From: Microthyrium microscopicum
Lineage: Eukaryota
DNA: 64,000 nucleotides
Direction of reading: 5' to 3'
Assembly: GCA_010405405.1 (NCBI GenBank)
Contig: MU004231.1
Span: 3,280,401-3,344,400, forward strand
The translations under genes were made by a program, and so were the position numbers. Below, in pieces: positions 1 through 11,871 of this stretch. The notes below the pieces were generated by a model. The model did no database searches. It saw only the letters and a list, made by a program, of their open reading frames with translations, and was not told where the DNA came from. Numbering within the stretch: the first letter of the stretch is position 1; the number at the start of each line of letters is the position of its first letter.

Positions 1-411
1 ATTTATAATGCGCAGCTTTTTGCGGCGGTTAAGAAGGAGACAGACTTGGATGAATAGGCACAGGACTGGGTTGAAAAGCAGCTTTGAGAATTTCCAAGTA
101 GCGGCGTTTGGTTTGGTCTGGTCATAACATTAGCTGGGAGCACAATGATACTAGAAGATTGACTAAATGTCTAGGACTTGATTCCTGGTATTCATTAAGA
201 GCTCAGCTTTGTTGCTCCCGGCCTCGAGACCCGTCTAACGATACGACTTTCGCGGGACGCCTTGCTATGTTATGATACAATTCTCTGCCACTGATCCTTT
301 TTGGCAGATGATTTAGAAGTTCGTGGATCTAAAGTGATAGCGTTGATGAGAAAGTCAAAAAGGTTGACTTGATTATTACAATCGAATATATGTGAGGTAA
401 ACGATAGCTCG

Positions 412-2045
412 TTACCGGTAATACAATGATTCTGCTAAGTAGATGACGCCAAATACCAAAAATGCTATTGCACCTCCGAGGGTGACTGAAAAGGTTAGTA
501 TAATGTTTTGGTGGAGATGAAGAATCGACTTTACCTATGCGCATGCTGACTTTTCCAGCCAGAGCTCTTCCTCCTATCACAGCAACAGCGGAGCACATCG
601 CATGCCCGACTACCGCACCAGCAGTGATCCACCAATAATCCTGTCCTGCAGCCATTGCAATGGTAGCAATTTGGCTTCGATCTCCCCACTCGCCAAGGAA
701 CGTCATGGCGAAAGTTTGTACCCAAGCTGGTGATAGTAAAAGTGAGCACAGATTATTAAATCCTGAAAGAATAGACGATAAAGAAGAGCTGGCACCAGGC
801 GTTGGTGGCGGCGATGGTGATGTTGATGGACTGCGAAGGGGCGCTGGTAGGGTAGATGATGAGGAGCGTAGACGGCCTAAGCGACCTGATTCCATGAGAT
901 AAGGCGAGACACTAGACCGTCGCTTAGACCGTCGCATTTCTTGTTCTTTTTCTTCCAATTCCATTTCAACTTCTCTCATTTCTTCTCCAACACCCTCCTC
1001 GGCGTCCATTGCTAGACCCTCTCTTAACAGTTTTATTCCGAATACAAAGAAGAGCAATGCAGCTGCATATCCAGTGAGCTTCTTGGGAAGTAATGTTGGA
1101 ACAGCATGGCCAAGGACAGCAGATAGGACAGTCATAACGAACAGCGCAGATACTGCGGCCGAAAATACAACCATTCTGTCATGTCTCATGGCCATGAGTG
1201 CCGCAACGAGAAAAGTCTTGTCACCAATTTCGGAGAATATGATCATTGTCCAGGAGATAAAAAATGAGTGAAATGGATGTAGTAGAGAATCGTCGATTGG
1301 TTCCGCGGATCCAGGTAATTTCGTTTTTGGGTCGGAATCGTGAAGAGTTGGAGGATTAGGATGAGGAATATCGTGTGGCTTTTCTGGTAGATCGGCCGGT
1401 TTCTAAAGGCATCATTAGAAAGTTGTCAAGTTTCGCGTGATTCCCATAACTTACTTCAAGACCTGCTGCACCTTTCTTCTTTTCCTTCTCGTCGTCACCG
1501 TCTTTCGAACTTGGCGTCGATTTCGACTTGCCATTGTCCACTCGAGGTGGAGCCTCCTTGGGTTGTTCGGGCTTCTTCTTCTCGGCTTCACCCTTCTCCT
1601 TTCTTTCTCGGTCTTTCTGGCTCACGCCTCCTTCTGTTCCTGTTGGACCAGTAACTTTCTTATGACTGGTTAAATCTGCCATAACACCATCGTCTTCTGG
1701 ACGGTCGAATGTCTCTGCCAGCACCTTCTCCTTCTCTTTTCCACTCGCTGGTTTGGTGGAAGAACCAAGATCCTCTATCTGCTGTGACTGCTTTTTCCTT
1801 GTGCTCTCCACGTAAGGTCCAGCATGTGGTTTTCCATCTAAGCCATCAACTGGAGCATCCTTAGTCCCGGCTCCTTTCGAAGCTGGCGGTCCGGATACCG
1901 CGATAGCCGAGTCTATTGCGGTAGAGTCTTTCGATTGATCGGCTTGTAGCTTTGTGCTTGATTTTTCAACGGCGAGGGCTGCGACTATAGAAGGAAGTAG
2001 GAGCAGGAGTAGCGGCGCAACAGGCGTCCTCGAATTTAACCTCAT
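412..2045 (-). CDS. GDT1: GDT1/TMEM165 (UPF0016) family Ca2+/Mn2+ transporter with N-terminal signal peptide and lumenal extension; 3 exons (2045-1455, 1402-535, 485-412)
   Basis: Both family motifs are present: SEIGDKT and GEWGDRSQ. N-terminus is hydrophobic (PLLLLLLPSIVAA). GT-AG introns at 1454-1403 and 534-486 join the ORF-track pieces in frame and give the C-terminus VTLGGAIAFLVFGVIYLAESLYYR*. Confidence 0.92.
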
Positions 2046-2689
2046 TGTGACGATTGTGAGGAGGTTGTTGGAGGTGAGCGAGCGGAGGATATGCAAGTGG
2101 GCGATGAATTACGGGGAAATTGGTGATGTGGTCTCTCGTTGGTAGTTAAGGGGTAAGACGTGTAAGCGATGGACGCGGATGACGGGATATTGTGGCTCGA
2201 GACTGCAGCGTGTAGACAGAGGGAATTGGAGGTTGCGGTTGGTAGATTGGAAAAAGAAGAAGTAAACAGATTACAAGATGATAGAGTAAAGCGCGCAAAA
2301 GAGGTGAGAGGTGAGAGGTGAGAGAAAATTGGGGCGAATGTATGGACGGTTTAGAGACTCGTTACTGTTCGCGTCTCGACCACCAAAAACTAGCCAGCGG
2401 TGCCAGCGGCGAAGTTGAACACTGGGAGTCTGGGAGTCTGGGACTGGGGAAGTTTGTGTCTAATCCATATCTGGCATAGTCTGCTTGTCTAGTCTATTCT
2501 TGGTCAAGACCATACGAGCGGCTGCATTTTACTCATATGCATTTTAACCTGATCCCTCCAAGTCTTATATTTGGGTCAAGTTGGATCTATTTATGGATCT
2601 CTTGTTCAAATGCACAACGCTTCAAAGTTATTGTTTATGCAGGCAACGACATCAAATTGTTGTAAGGCCAAAAGAAAGAAACATTATTC

Positions 2690-2778
2690 CAGCCCAAGTA
2701 AACTAGCAACCAGCACCTAGAGTTTCGAGATATAACCAACGCTAACATAAAGAAATCTAGCCTTGGCTGCTCTTGCTG
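2690..2778. promoter_or_regulatory. Candidate Ace1/Cup2-type metal-response elements upstream of the metallothionein
   Basis: Two matches to HTHNNGCTG: CTCTTGCTG on + (2770-2778) and CTTGGGCTG on - (2698-2690), plus extra GCTG cores, 270-360 bp upstream of the metallothionein ATG. The motif is short and could occur by chance. Confidence 0.4.
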
Positions 2779-3049
2779 TTAACCAATCGCTCTGCGAAGT
2801 TACCAATACATCTTTCCTGATTGGCTAAATGCAATCATTCGCCTCTGCTCAATTCACGAATGATCCTGCTTTCTTTCTATCAGTCACCTCCCCGTAGGCC
2901 AAGCCGTATCAACATAAAAGGCTCAGTATCTGCCCCCTCTTCGTCTGCTTCTTTCACACAACAACTTCTCACATTCTCAAAGAACTTCCAAACCCACATA
3001 CAAACAATCATCCCTTCAGTACCAAACCAATCAACTTCCATCAATCATC

Positions 3050-3442
3050 ATGTCTCCCAAGTGCTGCGGTCGTGACGGATCAGGCTGTGTCTGTGCCGCC
3101 GAAGGTAATAATCACCATGTGTCTACATCATCAATCCCAAGTGGGTTGTTGAGTGTTTACAAATATAGCCATTCAGATGATGAGTTAACTAACATGTCTT
3201 AGCCACCTGCTCTTGCGGCAAAAAGGCTGCTCAAGCGTGTGACTGCGACAAGTCTGCTACCGAGAACACTGTTTCTGGCAATACTTGCTCCTGCGGTATG
3301 GTCTCTGAAGCCATTCATCCATCATAGATTGCTGACTTCAGTAGGAAAACGTGCTGCTGGAGCCTGCACTTGCTCTCGTTCTGCCGCTGAAAACACCGGA
3401 GGAGCTACGGCGGAGGAGACTGACTTTACCACCAAGGCCTAA
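3050..3442 (+). CDS. Metallothionein (Crd2/CrdA-like), 81 aa, 3 exons (3050-3104, 3203-3295, 3345-3442)
   Basis: Manual splicing gives MSPKCCGRDGSGCVCAAEATCSCGKKAAQACDCDKSATENTVSGNTCSCGKRAAGACTCSRSAAENTGGATAEETDFTTKA, with 12 Cys in CC/CxC motifs and an ETDFTT end. Both introns are GT-AG with CTAAC/CTGAC branch points. Confidence 0.9.
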
Positions 3443-3682
3443 AGTCGTTATGAGTATCGTTCTGTTCGCTTAGCATGAGTAATGATAGAGCATCATCATG
3501 AATGAAATGTCTTGATCCATGACAATTTTGAATTTTTGTATCAACTTGGCGTGCCATTGTCCTAGCCTAGTACCCAAACACCTGAAATGATTTATACAAC
3601 CTTGACCCTGAAGTAACAGTCTGTATCTATACAGCCCCAGTGAACGCCTGTAAGTGATTCAAGGACGGCCAACTCTTGTCTT

Positions 3683-6092
3683 CTAGTCAGAGCGACCTGC
3701 TCCACCCATTCTCTCAATGTTGCTCAAGATCTTGCTCTTGCCGGCAGTTGGTTTCGCAAGTCCACTTGGAGCACCGATTCGAGGATTACCGAATCCAAAC
3801 CCTGGGCGGGCCAGCCCAGTCGGTCGAGGAGGAGCAATGCCCATCCCTACGCTCTTCTTGAGAATATCTTCCATGGCTGACGATTGAGCAGGCTCAGAAC
3901 CAACGTTGAGGACGCTCATATCAGCCTGAAGCGTAAGCATCTCGTCAACAGCAGCAACAAGTTCGCCCTTCTCAATCCGCTCCTTCTCAAGCTCTGCCAT
4001 AACCGTATCAAATTCGCTTCGTTGCGTCTTGAGTTCTTCCTCACGACCAGCAAGCTCAGCTTTTTGACGCTCAATGACAGCCTTCTGCTCTTCCATCTTC
4101 TTCAGCTCCGCCTCCCGCTCCTCAGCATCCAAGCCAGACCCACCGAGAACAGCAGGAATAACACCACTCAGAGTCCCATCCAGCTTGGCCTGCAACTCCT
4201 CACACAGCCGTTCCAACTCCTCCACCTTGACCACCAACTCCGCACACTTCTCCTTCGTCTTGGCCTCAAAGCCCTTCTTCAACCCGGCCACCTTGGTGAC
4301 ATGCTTCTTCTTGTAGATCGCATGCAATTCCTGACTCAGCGACGTCACCCGCTCGTCGATTCGTCGCTGACATTCCACCAACGTCACCATCTCCACGCCC
4401 TCCTTCACTTCAGAGGGTGACACAAACACACTCGCATCCACACGCTCTCTCTCCGCGCGTGCCGCACGCTCATCCGCTTCAGCGACTTTGCGCTCAAGAT
4501 CATGGACGCGCTCCTCAGCCTCTTCTGCGCGCTTCAGTACGTTTTCACGCTCTGTTTCGCCCTCCAGTACTTCTTTCTTGACACGCTTGAGCACCTCTTC
4601 GAATTCTCTTCCTCGTCGCACCCACTCATCTTTCTCTCTTCCTAGATTCTCGCGCCGTTGACGCTCTTCGCGAACTTCTTCGACAGCTTCGCCTACTCGA
4701 CGCTCTGCATCGCCAACAGCGCGCTTGAGGGCGCCAACTTCAGCTTCGCGACCGGCGAGCGTTGCAGTGAGTGCAGATATTTGGCTCGCAAATCCACTCT
4801 TCATCTGCTCCATTTCTCTAATAGTAATGCTCGGTAAACTGCGTGGTGTTGGAGCTGGTGGGAGCTCAAAGTCCAGCAAGGACATGAGATTTTGTTTACT
4901 TGAAGGTGTGGCAGGGTTCTTGCGAGGTGAGCGCTGGGAATGTAGATATGAGAGGAGTTGAGGTTCTTGAGATCCGGATTTTATCGGGGACATGGACTGT
5001 CGGGAGGCAGTGCGAAGGCGATGTGTGAAGTTGCTGATTGCTTGAAATTGTTCTGTAAAATCTAGGAGGAGATTTGTGGTGTCGTTTTCTCCGCCAGATT
5101 GGGTATTGGCGCGGGGAGTCGACGTTGTGGTTATGGCTGTTCTTGCGGTCGATGGTGTGGCGCGCGCGGATTGGAAGTTTGGGCGCGGAGTCTGTGAATG
5201 GTTAGGATGCTGTCGCAGTCTGATAGGGGACGAGAGAAGACCTTACTTGATTGAATGAGTTCATGGTTTTGGTGGGGCTTCTATTGCCTAGTTGAGCAAA
5301 ATTGGTCATATCCATATTCGGGACTTCGGAGAAAGTGCTGAAGCAGGTGTCATCAACATCTCCCTCCCGATCTTGTTCTGGTGCGGCAGTCATGAACGTC
5401 ATGTCGGTCTGGTCGATTAATAGATCTTCTTCCGCTTCCGTCTCATGTGTGGTCTGTAACGTTTGCGTCTTGTGTATGGTTTCGGCATGGAGTGATTCAT
5501 GAGACTGCGTTGAATGAATGGTGGAGTTTCGCGACGATCGAGAAGAGCGTATGCTGGATCTGGAGCGCGAAGACCGATGACTGCTCATACTGCTAGATTG
5601 AGCTACAGCAATTTCGCAATCGGCGACCAGCTGCTTGGTAGGACTCGACATCTTTGTTGGGCTGCACATGCCTTTGACTGGTGAAAGAGCCCGGCTCTTG
5701 ATCACAGATGGGGGCGCTGGCATGCTTGCAGTGTCATCTTCGAATATATCTACAGAGAGAGTAGATTTCGAGTCTTTGGAAGTCTTGCGAGGAGAAGGAG
5801 ATGAAGGGATATCCAATTCAAGGTCTATGTCCATTTTGGCCGGCGAAGACATCTGATACAGTGGAGAGGAGTTGTTCTGTTCGTGAAGAGCAAGTTCCGT
5901 GACAAATGGGGAGCTAGTATCTTCGTCGTCCCAGTGAATAGCGTCTTCTTCCGCAGTTGTAGATTCGGTATTTATTCTACCAGGCGTCATTTTACGAGGC
6001 GATAGATCGAATATGGATTCGTCAACGTCGGCTGGAGAAAAAGGACTGGGCGACTTGGAGTTGAGCGCTCCTGGTGATAATGGAGAAAGCAT
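3683..6092 (-). CDS. Slk19/Alp7 (fungal TACC-like) central kinetochore/spindle coiled-coil protein; intron 5246-5192
   Basis: S/P-rich N-terminus, DTTNLLLDFTEQF segment and long coiled coil, plus the family-like motif LSQELHAIYKKKHVTKVAGLKKGFE. A GTAAG...CTAAC...CAG intron joins ORFs 5202-6209 and 3683-4993 in frame. Confidence 0.75.
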
Positions 6093-8232
6093 TGTGAACG
6101 ATGCTCGTGCGGAGAGATATAAAAGCCTTCTGTTATCGTTGTTGACGCAAGGATTCTTTGGTTGCTGGGAAGAAAATCCAGGTTTGGTGGTGCAAAAGTT
6201 CAGGATCAAGGTTCGATGTTCTTGAATCTTGAGTCGTCAAGTCCATTGTTTGCAAAACGTGGTTAAGCCCACGTTGTCAGGGGCAACACCCGCCACTCCT
6301 TCCAAACTCAACACCACATGGCCCATGCGCAAGGCTGTATAAAAGGAAGCAACGACACTCCATTCGACCCACCGCTCCTACTCTTTCCATTCTCCCACGA
6401 GGCCCACTTGCCCGTCAGGAAGCCACGAGCTGCCTCTGATTTTTGCCTTGCACTATATATTCAATTCGCAGCAATTTCCCTCTCATACCCAGTTTCATGG
6501 CCGAGGTTTTAAATTACATCCTGTTCTCAGCTTATCCCTTTATGGGTTGTTGTAATTTATTTCGAGTCCACTAGTGAACCAACAACGGTGAACAGCCTTT
6601 CGGGGTGTTGCGTAGCTTTAGTTGGTGTTCATAGGTTGACTACTAATGACTTGCTTCTGGCGGTCAGATATGTTCGACATGAAAGAGCATCAGCTTCTTT
6701 ACGACAAGATCTCTGTTTCGGCAGATTGATCGCGTACGAGGGTTGTTGATACGCTGGGTAAACCTTATTTTTTGGTCGTTCTTTTTTTGGCAATAGTCTA
6801 ACATCGCTGGTGTTGAAAGCCTTTGTCTTGTAGACGGTATGTAGCAATGAATGGCCTTCTAATGCTGTAATGATGACCTGGTGATGTCCGTATTCTTCAA
6901 AGTTATGGTGTTGAGTACGAGTACCTAAGCTACCAATCCACAAGACACCGGTTCAACTCCCAGCTGGTTCTGTACCCAATATCGAGCCCACTACAATAGT
7001 TAAATTACGAAAACCTTGATACATTCGCCTAGAACGTGCAAGTAAATTTCACTCCCTGAATGAACACTATCATGATATGACAGGTTGCGCTCGAGTCCCA
7101 ACATATTCCATTGCTCATCTGACTTTGCATTCGAAACTTCAACCGTCTCCTCAGTCCCCGCATCTACCAGGCTATCAAAATCTTCCTCTGCTATCAAGTC
7201 GCACGGCATATCACCGCTTGATGAATTAAGTAGCTTGGTAGATGACAAGAAAATTCATGTTTGGCAGTATTTGAGAACCATAAGGTTTCAATGTTTGTTG
7301 CTACACGTACCTCGGAAAGATCATTGATGTAGAACAATACATAAGTCGAAGATAAACCTTGGAACCATTCATAACATATCCTCTTTGTCGAACGATCTGT
7401 CTACCTACCTGTAGTTCAGAGCTATGGCCAAAGTCGTGCAAGCTCCATTGCTGCCACTGGTCCTGAGGGCTCATGGTGCGTGAGTGACTCAGTTGACGAA
7501 TCCGCTGACCTGAAAATTGGATGCCTGGCAGAATAAGTCCTGTCATATGTGTTCATATTTTTTAAGGCAAGATGTGGTTAGATTTAGATTTGCGGCTGTA
7601 TTGACCTTTAGAAAAAGATCAACAGAACTTGCAGTTACCGGCAACTACACTTCCGACGACTTGTGATTGTCTTGACTGCCTTTTCCATGTGTGCTAGAAT
7701 CTCGGGATAAAATTCAAGCCTTCTACAACGGAATGGAAATAGGAAGAAGGAATGAAAAAGTGGGCTTGTAGAGGTATCAGATGGGACCTTACCGCTTTAG
7801 ATTCTTTAGAGTTCCAGATCATGAGTAATCTATGAACTTGACATTAGCATACCAGTTGACAGCGAGTTTGGTACTGCTGCCTAGGAGATTTGTGAGATTA
7901 AATCTCTTTAAGAGAAGATTCATTTCATATCCAAGACTTATTATAGAGAGTAGGTTCAAGTATTTTAATACTTATTCACACACCTTTAATTCCCACATCA
8001 ATACCAACAGGTCTTGGACAGCAATACAAGACTCCTAGTAAGACTTCCCTCGCACAATGTTTCGTCAAGCTTTTACGACAATGTCACTTTTTGATCAATG
8101 GCATTACTTTGAGGCTATAGCTCATAACAGAGTTCTCAGCGTATTAATCTGTCAGTATCATGATCGAAGCAATCTCATATTAGTATAATCAAATGTAACA
8201 GCCTACAGTCTTACCACGAAAATCATCTCAAC

Positions 8233-9031
8233 ATGCTAGCCACTTGCGTTTTGCAAAGTGCGCTCCAAGGGGCCTTACATAGCAGCGCTTTCCAAGGCGC
8301 AATTTTACTGGGAGGTGCTCGTTGTGCCCATCCAAGGCAATACAACGTGGATCATGGACCACGCTCAGGACTACCTTTGCCCAAGAATGATGTTACAGAC
8401 CCTCGGATCAGGGGAGACTTGGATCCAAAGCCTTTCACAATTGACGCCAAATTCCACGAGCTTCAAGCAAGTTTGAAAAGTCTAAGAAACGAAATGCAGG
8501 ACAAGAGAACTTCCAGTGACTACAAAATGATGAGCATCGAGGATCAATTGAGTTCTAGGCCTGATTCTCGATTCATCAAACTATTGCAGGAACAGAACGA
8601 GATTCTTAGAATGGACAAGGACAGATACTGGACTGCACTCCAAGAACGAGGTACTCTGTCTAAGCGCTTGACAGATGATTTCAATAACGACGGCGAGAAG
8701 TCTGAGAAGTCAGCGAAGCAAATCCACAAGACCATGGCAAATACTAACTATATTTCTTCTAATAGTCCCCGTTTACAAGGTCAAAAGTCGCAAAGACAAA
8801 GACGAGAACAAAGAAGCGAGGAAGAAGACATGGAGGAAGATTTTCCATACTGTTCGTTCGGCGACCTGGTGAGTGCCCATTTGCAAGGTTTGCTTTCGTA
8901 TCGAAACTCTGGCTGACGAAACCTAGATGGTAGTGGGACTCCTAGGGGGCAGCATGTCACTGCTACTCCACGAAATAATTTGTTGGACCTTGCATCGCAA
9001 CAGCCTGCGGGAAGAAGATTGGGAAAGGTAA
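8233..9031 (+). CDS. Hypothetical protein (about 246 aa) with coiled coil and C-terminal hydrophobic segment; intron 8869-8926
   Basis: A 212-codon exon is followed by a GTGAGT...CTGAC...TAG intron, then MVVGLLGGSMSLLLHEIICWTLHRNSLREEDWER* in frame. No family recognised. Confidence 0.5.
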
Positions 9032-9451
9032 CGGGCGTGCGACTGCTGACAGCCTTCCTTTCGCGTACCTCTGTATATTGAACAGTACTTTGTTACACGG
9101 GCAGTTATGAGCTGTTAGCCGACCCGTCTCTGCTTTCAACTTTCGCAAATCATGCAACTATGGCATGTAGTATACAGAAGTCTCCGCTCACCAAGAAAGC
9201 TTCTATGGTCTCAAATCAGACAGCTCTCCTCCTCCTCCAAAAGTTAAGCCTTAAGCAGCTTCTCTGCCAACAGTGCGTTGTGCTTGACCACACTCTTAAA
9301 GAATATTATCAATGGTTGAGAAGATGAATATCTATGTGATGTGACAGCTGAGTTGTACTTGGCGATCACGATATACCATTATTAGATCTCAATCAAACTA
9401 GAACGCTGCATAAGATTCGTGATAGCGTAATTCTTTCTCCCAATGCAGTGA

Positions 9452-10354
9452 CTAGCCAGCATCAGAAGTAATCAGCACAAGTGCGGCCAGTATATACGCC
9501 CGGTCTTTGTCCCTGTATGCTTTTGTATCCTCTTCCCACATCGTCTTGTCCCAAAAGTGATCCTGGCTGTATCTCCGCATGGTCACGAGTTTACCCTCCT
9601 CTTCTTGTATTCTGTGTCCCAAATCTTCTGCTTCCTCGGCAAGGTTGTCTTTTCCTGCTGAGATTATCAGCACATTTGGGGGAAACAACCGTGGATCGGC
9701 CTTGGAAATGGATATTGCTGGATTGGACGGATCTTCAGATCCAATGTAGCATTCGTTGAAAGTTCTGGCCACAAACGCCGGTATCGTGCCTGCGGAACCA
9801 TCTGGCGCCTTCTTACGCTCCGGTGGAATAGAAAGATCACAAGGTGGATAGAAGGCCAGGACTGACTTGATCACTCCGTTACGAGCCTTTCCAGCTGGAT
9901 CAGATGCAACGGCCAGGGCTAGATTCGCGCCAGCACTAAACCCCGAAAGTGCAATGTTGTTCACGTCGTATTCGTCTGGTCGATTGAGAACGTATAAAAT
10001 TAGATCTTCTGCATCTTCCAATGCTGCAGGAAATGGATACTCGGGCGCTAAGGCATAGCTAGCATCCAGAACCGTGAAATCGGTTTCCTGAGCCATACGT
10101 CGGCAGAATTCGTGATCGGAACCATGCATGTCTATCACAAAACCAGAGGAGGACCAGTTCAAGAGGACAGGACTGGGATGCCGCTCTGTTGATGATTTGT
10201 AGATGTGGACGTTAATTTTCCTCTTCCCATTCCTTGAGGGTATTTGTATTTTTTCATCTGCGTCTGCTTTCACATCCAGAGACCAAGTAGCAAAGAACCG
10301 TATGACTGAAGCAATAACTTTGAGCCGCAAATATTGAAGAGTTGTATGAACCAT
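9452..10354 (-). CDS. Alpha/beta hydrolase of the hormone-sensitive lipase (Abhydrolase_3) family
   Basis: Nucleophile elbow GFSAG, YALAPEYPFPAALED, and C-terminal Asp (GKDNL) and His (HFWD). Probable ATG at 10354 within ORF 9452-10477. Confidence 0.88.
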   Translation of the reverse strand: MVHTTLQYLRLKVIASVIRFFATWSLDVKADADEKIQIPSRNGKRKINVHIYKSSTERHPSPVLLNWSSSGFVIDMHGSDHEFCRRMAQETDFTVLDASYALAPEYPFPAALEDAEDLILYVLNRPDEYDVNNIALSGFSAGANLALAVASDPAGKARNGVIKSVLAFYPPCDLSIPPERKKAPDGSAGTIPAFVARTFNECYIGSEDPSNPAISISKADPRLFPPNVLIISAGKDNLAEEAEDLGHRIQEEEGKLVTMRRYSQDHFWDKTMWEEDTKAYRDKDRAYILAALVLITSDAG

Positions 10355-11871
10355 AGTGACTTTACTACGGGGATAGCTTGCTGGATTTGCCTCACGAAAT
10401 GCTCTTGCCTTCGCTTGCTGGAATGGCAGACTGTGCGCCCAGAATTGTGGTGGAAATGGACTATCGGCACCACTCACCCGTGCGAGTTGTGGTCGTCAAG
10501 CGTTGAGGTTGTGAGATGACGCCCGGTTGATGAGCCCTCCTCTACCAAAATGATATTCAGTTGACTTGTGGCACCGATTGGGTAGATTGGTCCTCGAATT
10601 AATTAACCTGGCTTTGACATGCCCCTCACCAATCGATAAACAGATTATCGAGTTCTTAAATGCCTCGTTACCATATACTGAAGTGTTAAAGATCTCAGTA
10701 TCTCGAGATTTGATCAACCCATGCAGTTGGATGTGTCTCACATCTGACGTCTCACTGCGATGCCACGTTTCACGAACAAGAAATCCATCTCAGTGGCTGA
10801 GCGGCAGAATCCCTGCTGAATATGCGATATTTTGATTAAAACCACGATATGGTCTGATAACTGACGATAGAAGATGAATTGAGAAAATGACCATTTCGTG
10901 AATGTCAGAATGATGAACCAAAAGAGTGGCTAAAAGCGTCGGCAGCAGTTGCCCAATTCGGCTGAGCCAAAGTCATGCCAACACAACAGTTGACCATACT
11001 TTATGTCAATCATTCTCAGGAATCTACTTTTTCAACCTGTCTTTCTTGTGGACCAATATACAGTAGTCTTGGTCCGAAACGGTCTTCTGCGCGTAAAGTA
11101 GTGGTCGATAGCTGGTATCTGGCAGCGACCACCAAGCGCGTCTATGCTCTTCGTCAGTCGTCATGTACGAGCCGTGATTGATAGCAGCAGCAGCCTTCGA
11201 TCTAAGGGTCAGCATCAGGCGCAACAACAACAAGGTCAAAGAGCTCGCGCAGCAAATAGCAGAGTCGCAAGAAGTTCCGCAGTATTTCTTAGGAGGAACC
11301 GTTGAAGCTCTCGTTGCAGACTTGTTCTTCATTTGCACCAAATTCCAGCTACTCTGATCGAGATCTTCAACAACTACAGCTACAAGGCCATGGCAGTCCT
11401 CCGACTTTGATCTGTATGTCAGGAAAACGGAAACTGAGCTAATTGAAGATAGAATGGAATGGAAAGAAGCGGACCCGTTCTGTCTATTGGCAATGCAAAG
11501 GAAAGACATCGATACAATTGTAGTCTCATGTCAATGAATCCTTAGAAAACCCGCCCATGGCATGTGTAAAGATCACTTCGTTTTTGCTACAACTTGAAGA
11601 ATCTTCCTTGCTTTGCAAGCAAACTTCTGCTATATCCTAATAATTTGTTTCTAGAGTCTTTCTTATCGACACTTGTGACTATGCTTGGTGGAGCCTTTAT
11701 TCATAACTCTAGTCAAGTGGCAAAAGCTTGGTTCAAGACGTAGGTAAATATCGAGGACTTTCTGCCTGAACCGGAACTGAACAGATCAGCTCCATGGTTA
11801 AACTATATAGTCCGGGTAAGTATTGCTGTTCTCCTATAGCTTCTCATCGTGAGGAGACCTTCAAACATGCT

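Noticed and set aside
3884..4420. 178-aa antisense ORF and similar shadow ORFs opposite DOA10, MDL1 and the KDEL gene
   Set aside because: Explained by codon bias of the real genes on the opposite strand.
7000..7546. Two short minus-strand ORFs with a GTACGT donor between them
   Set aside because: I could not find an acceptor joining them in frame and recognised no family.
10975..11540. Protein-like plus-strand fragments (…NNKVKELAQQIAESQEVPQYFLGG…) and a 161-aa minus-strand ORF
   Set aside because: Interrupted by stops with no recognisable motif, so not supportable as a gene or a named pseudogene.
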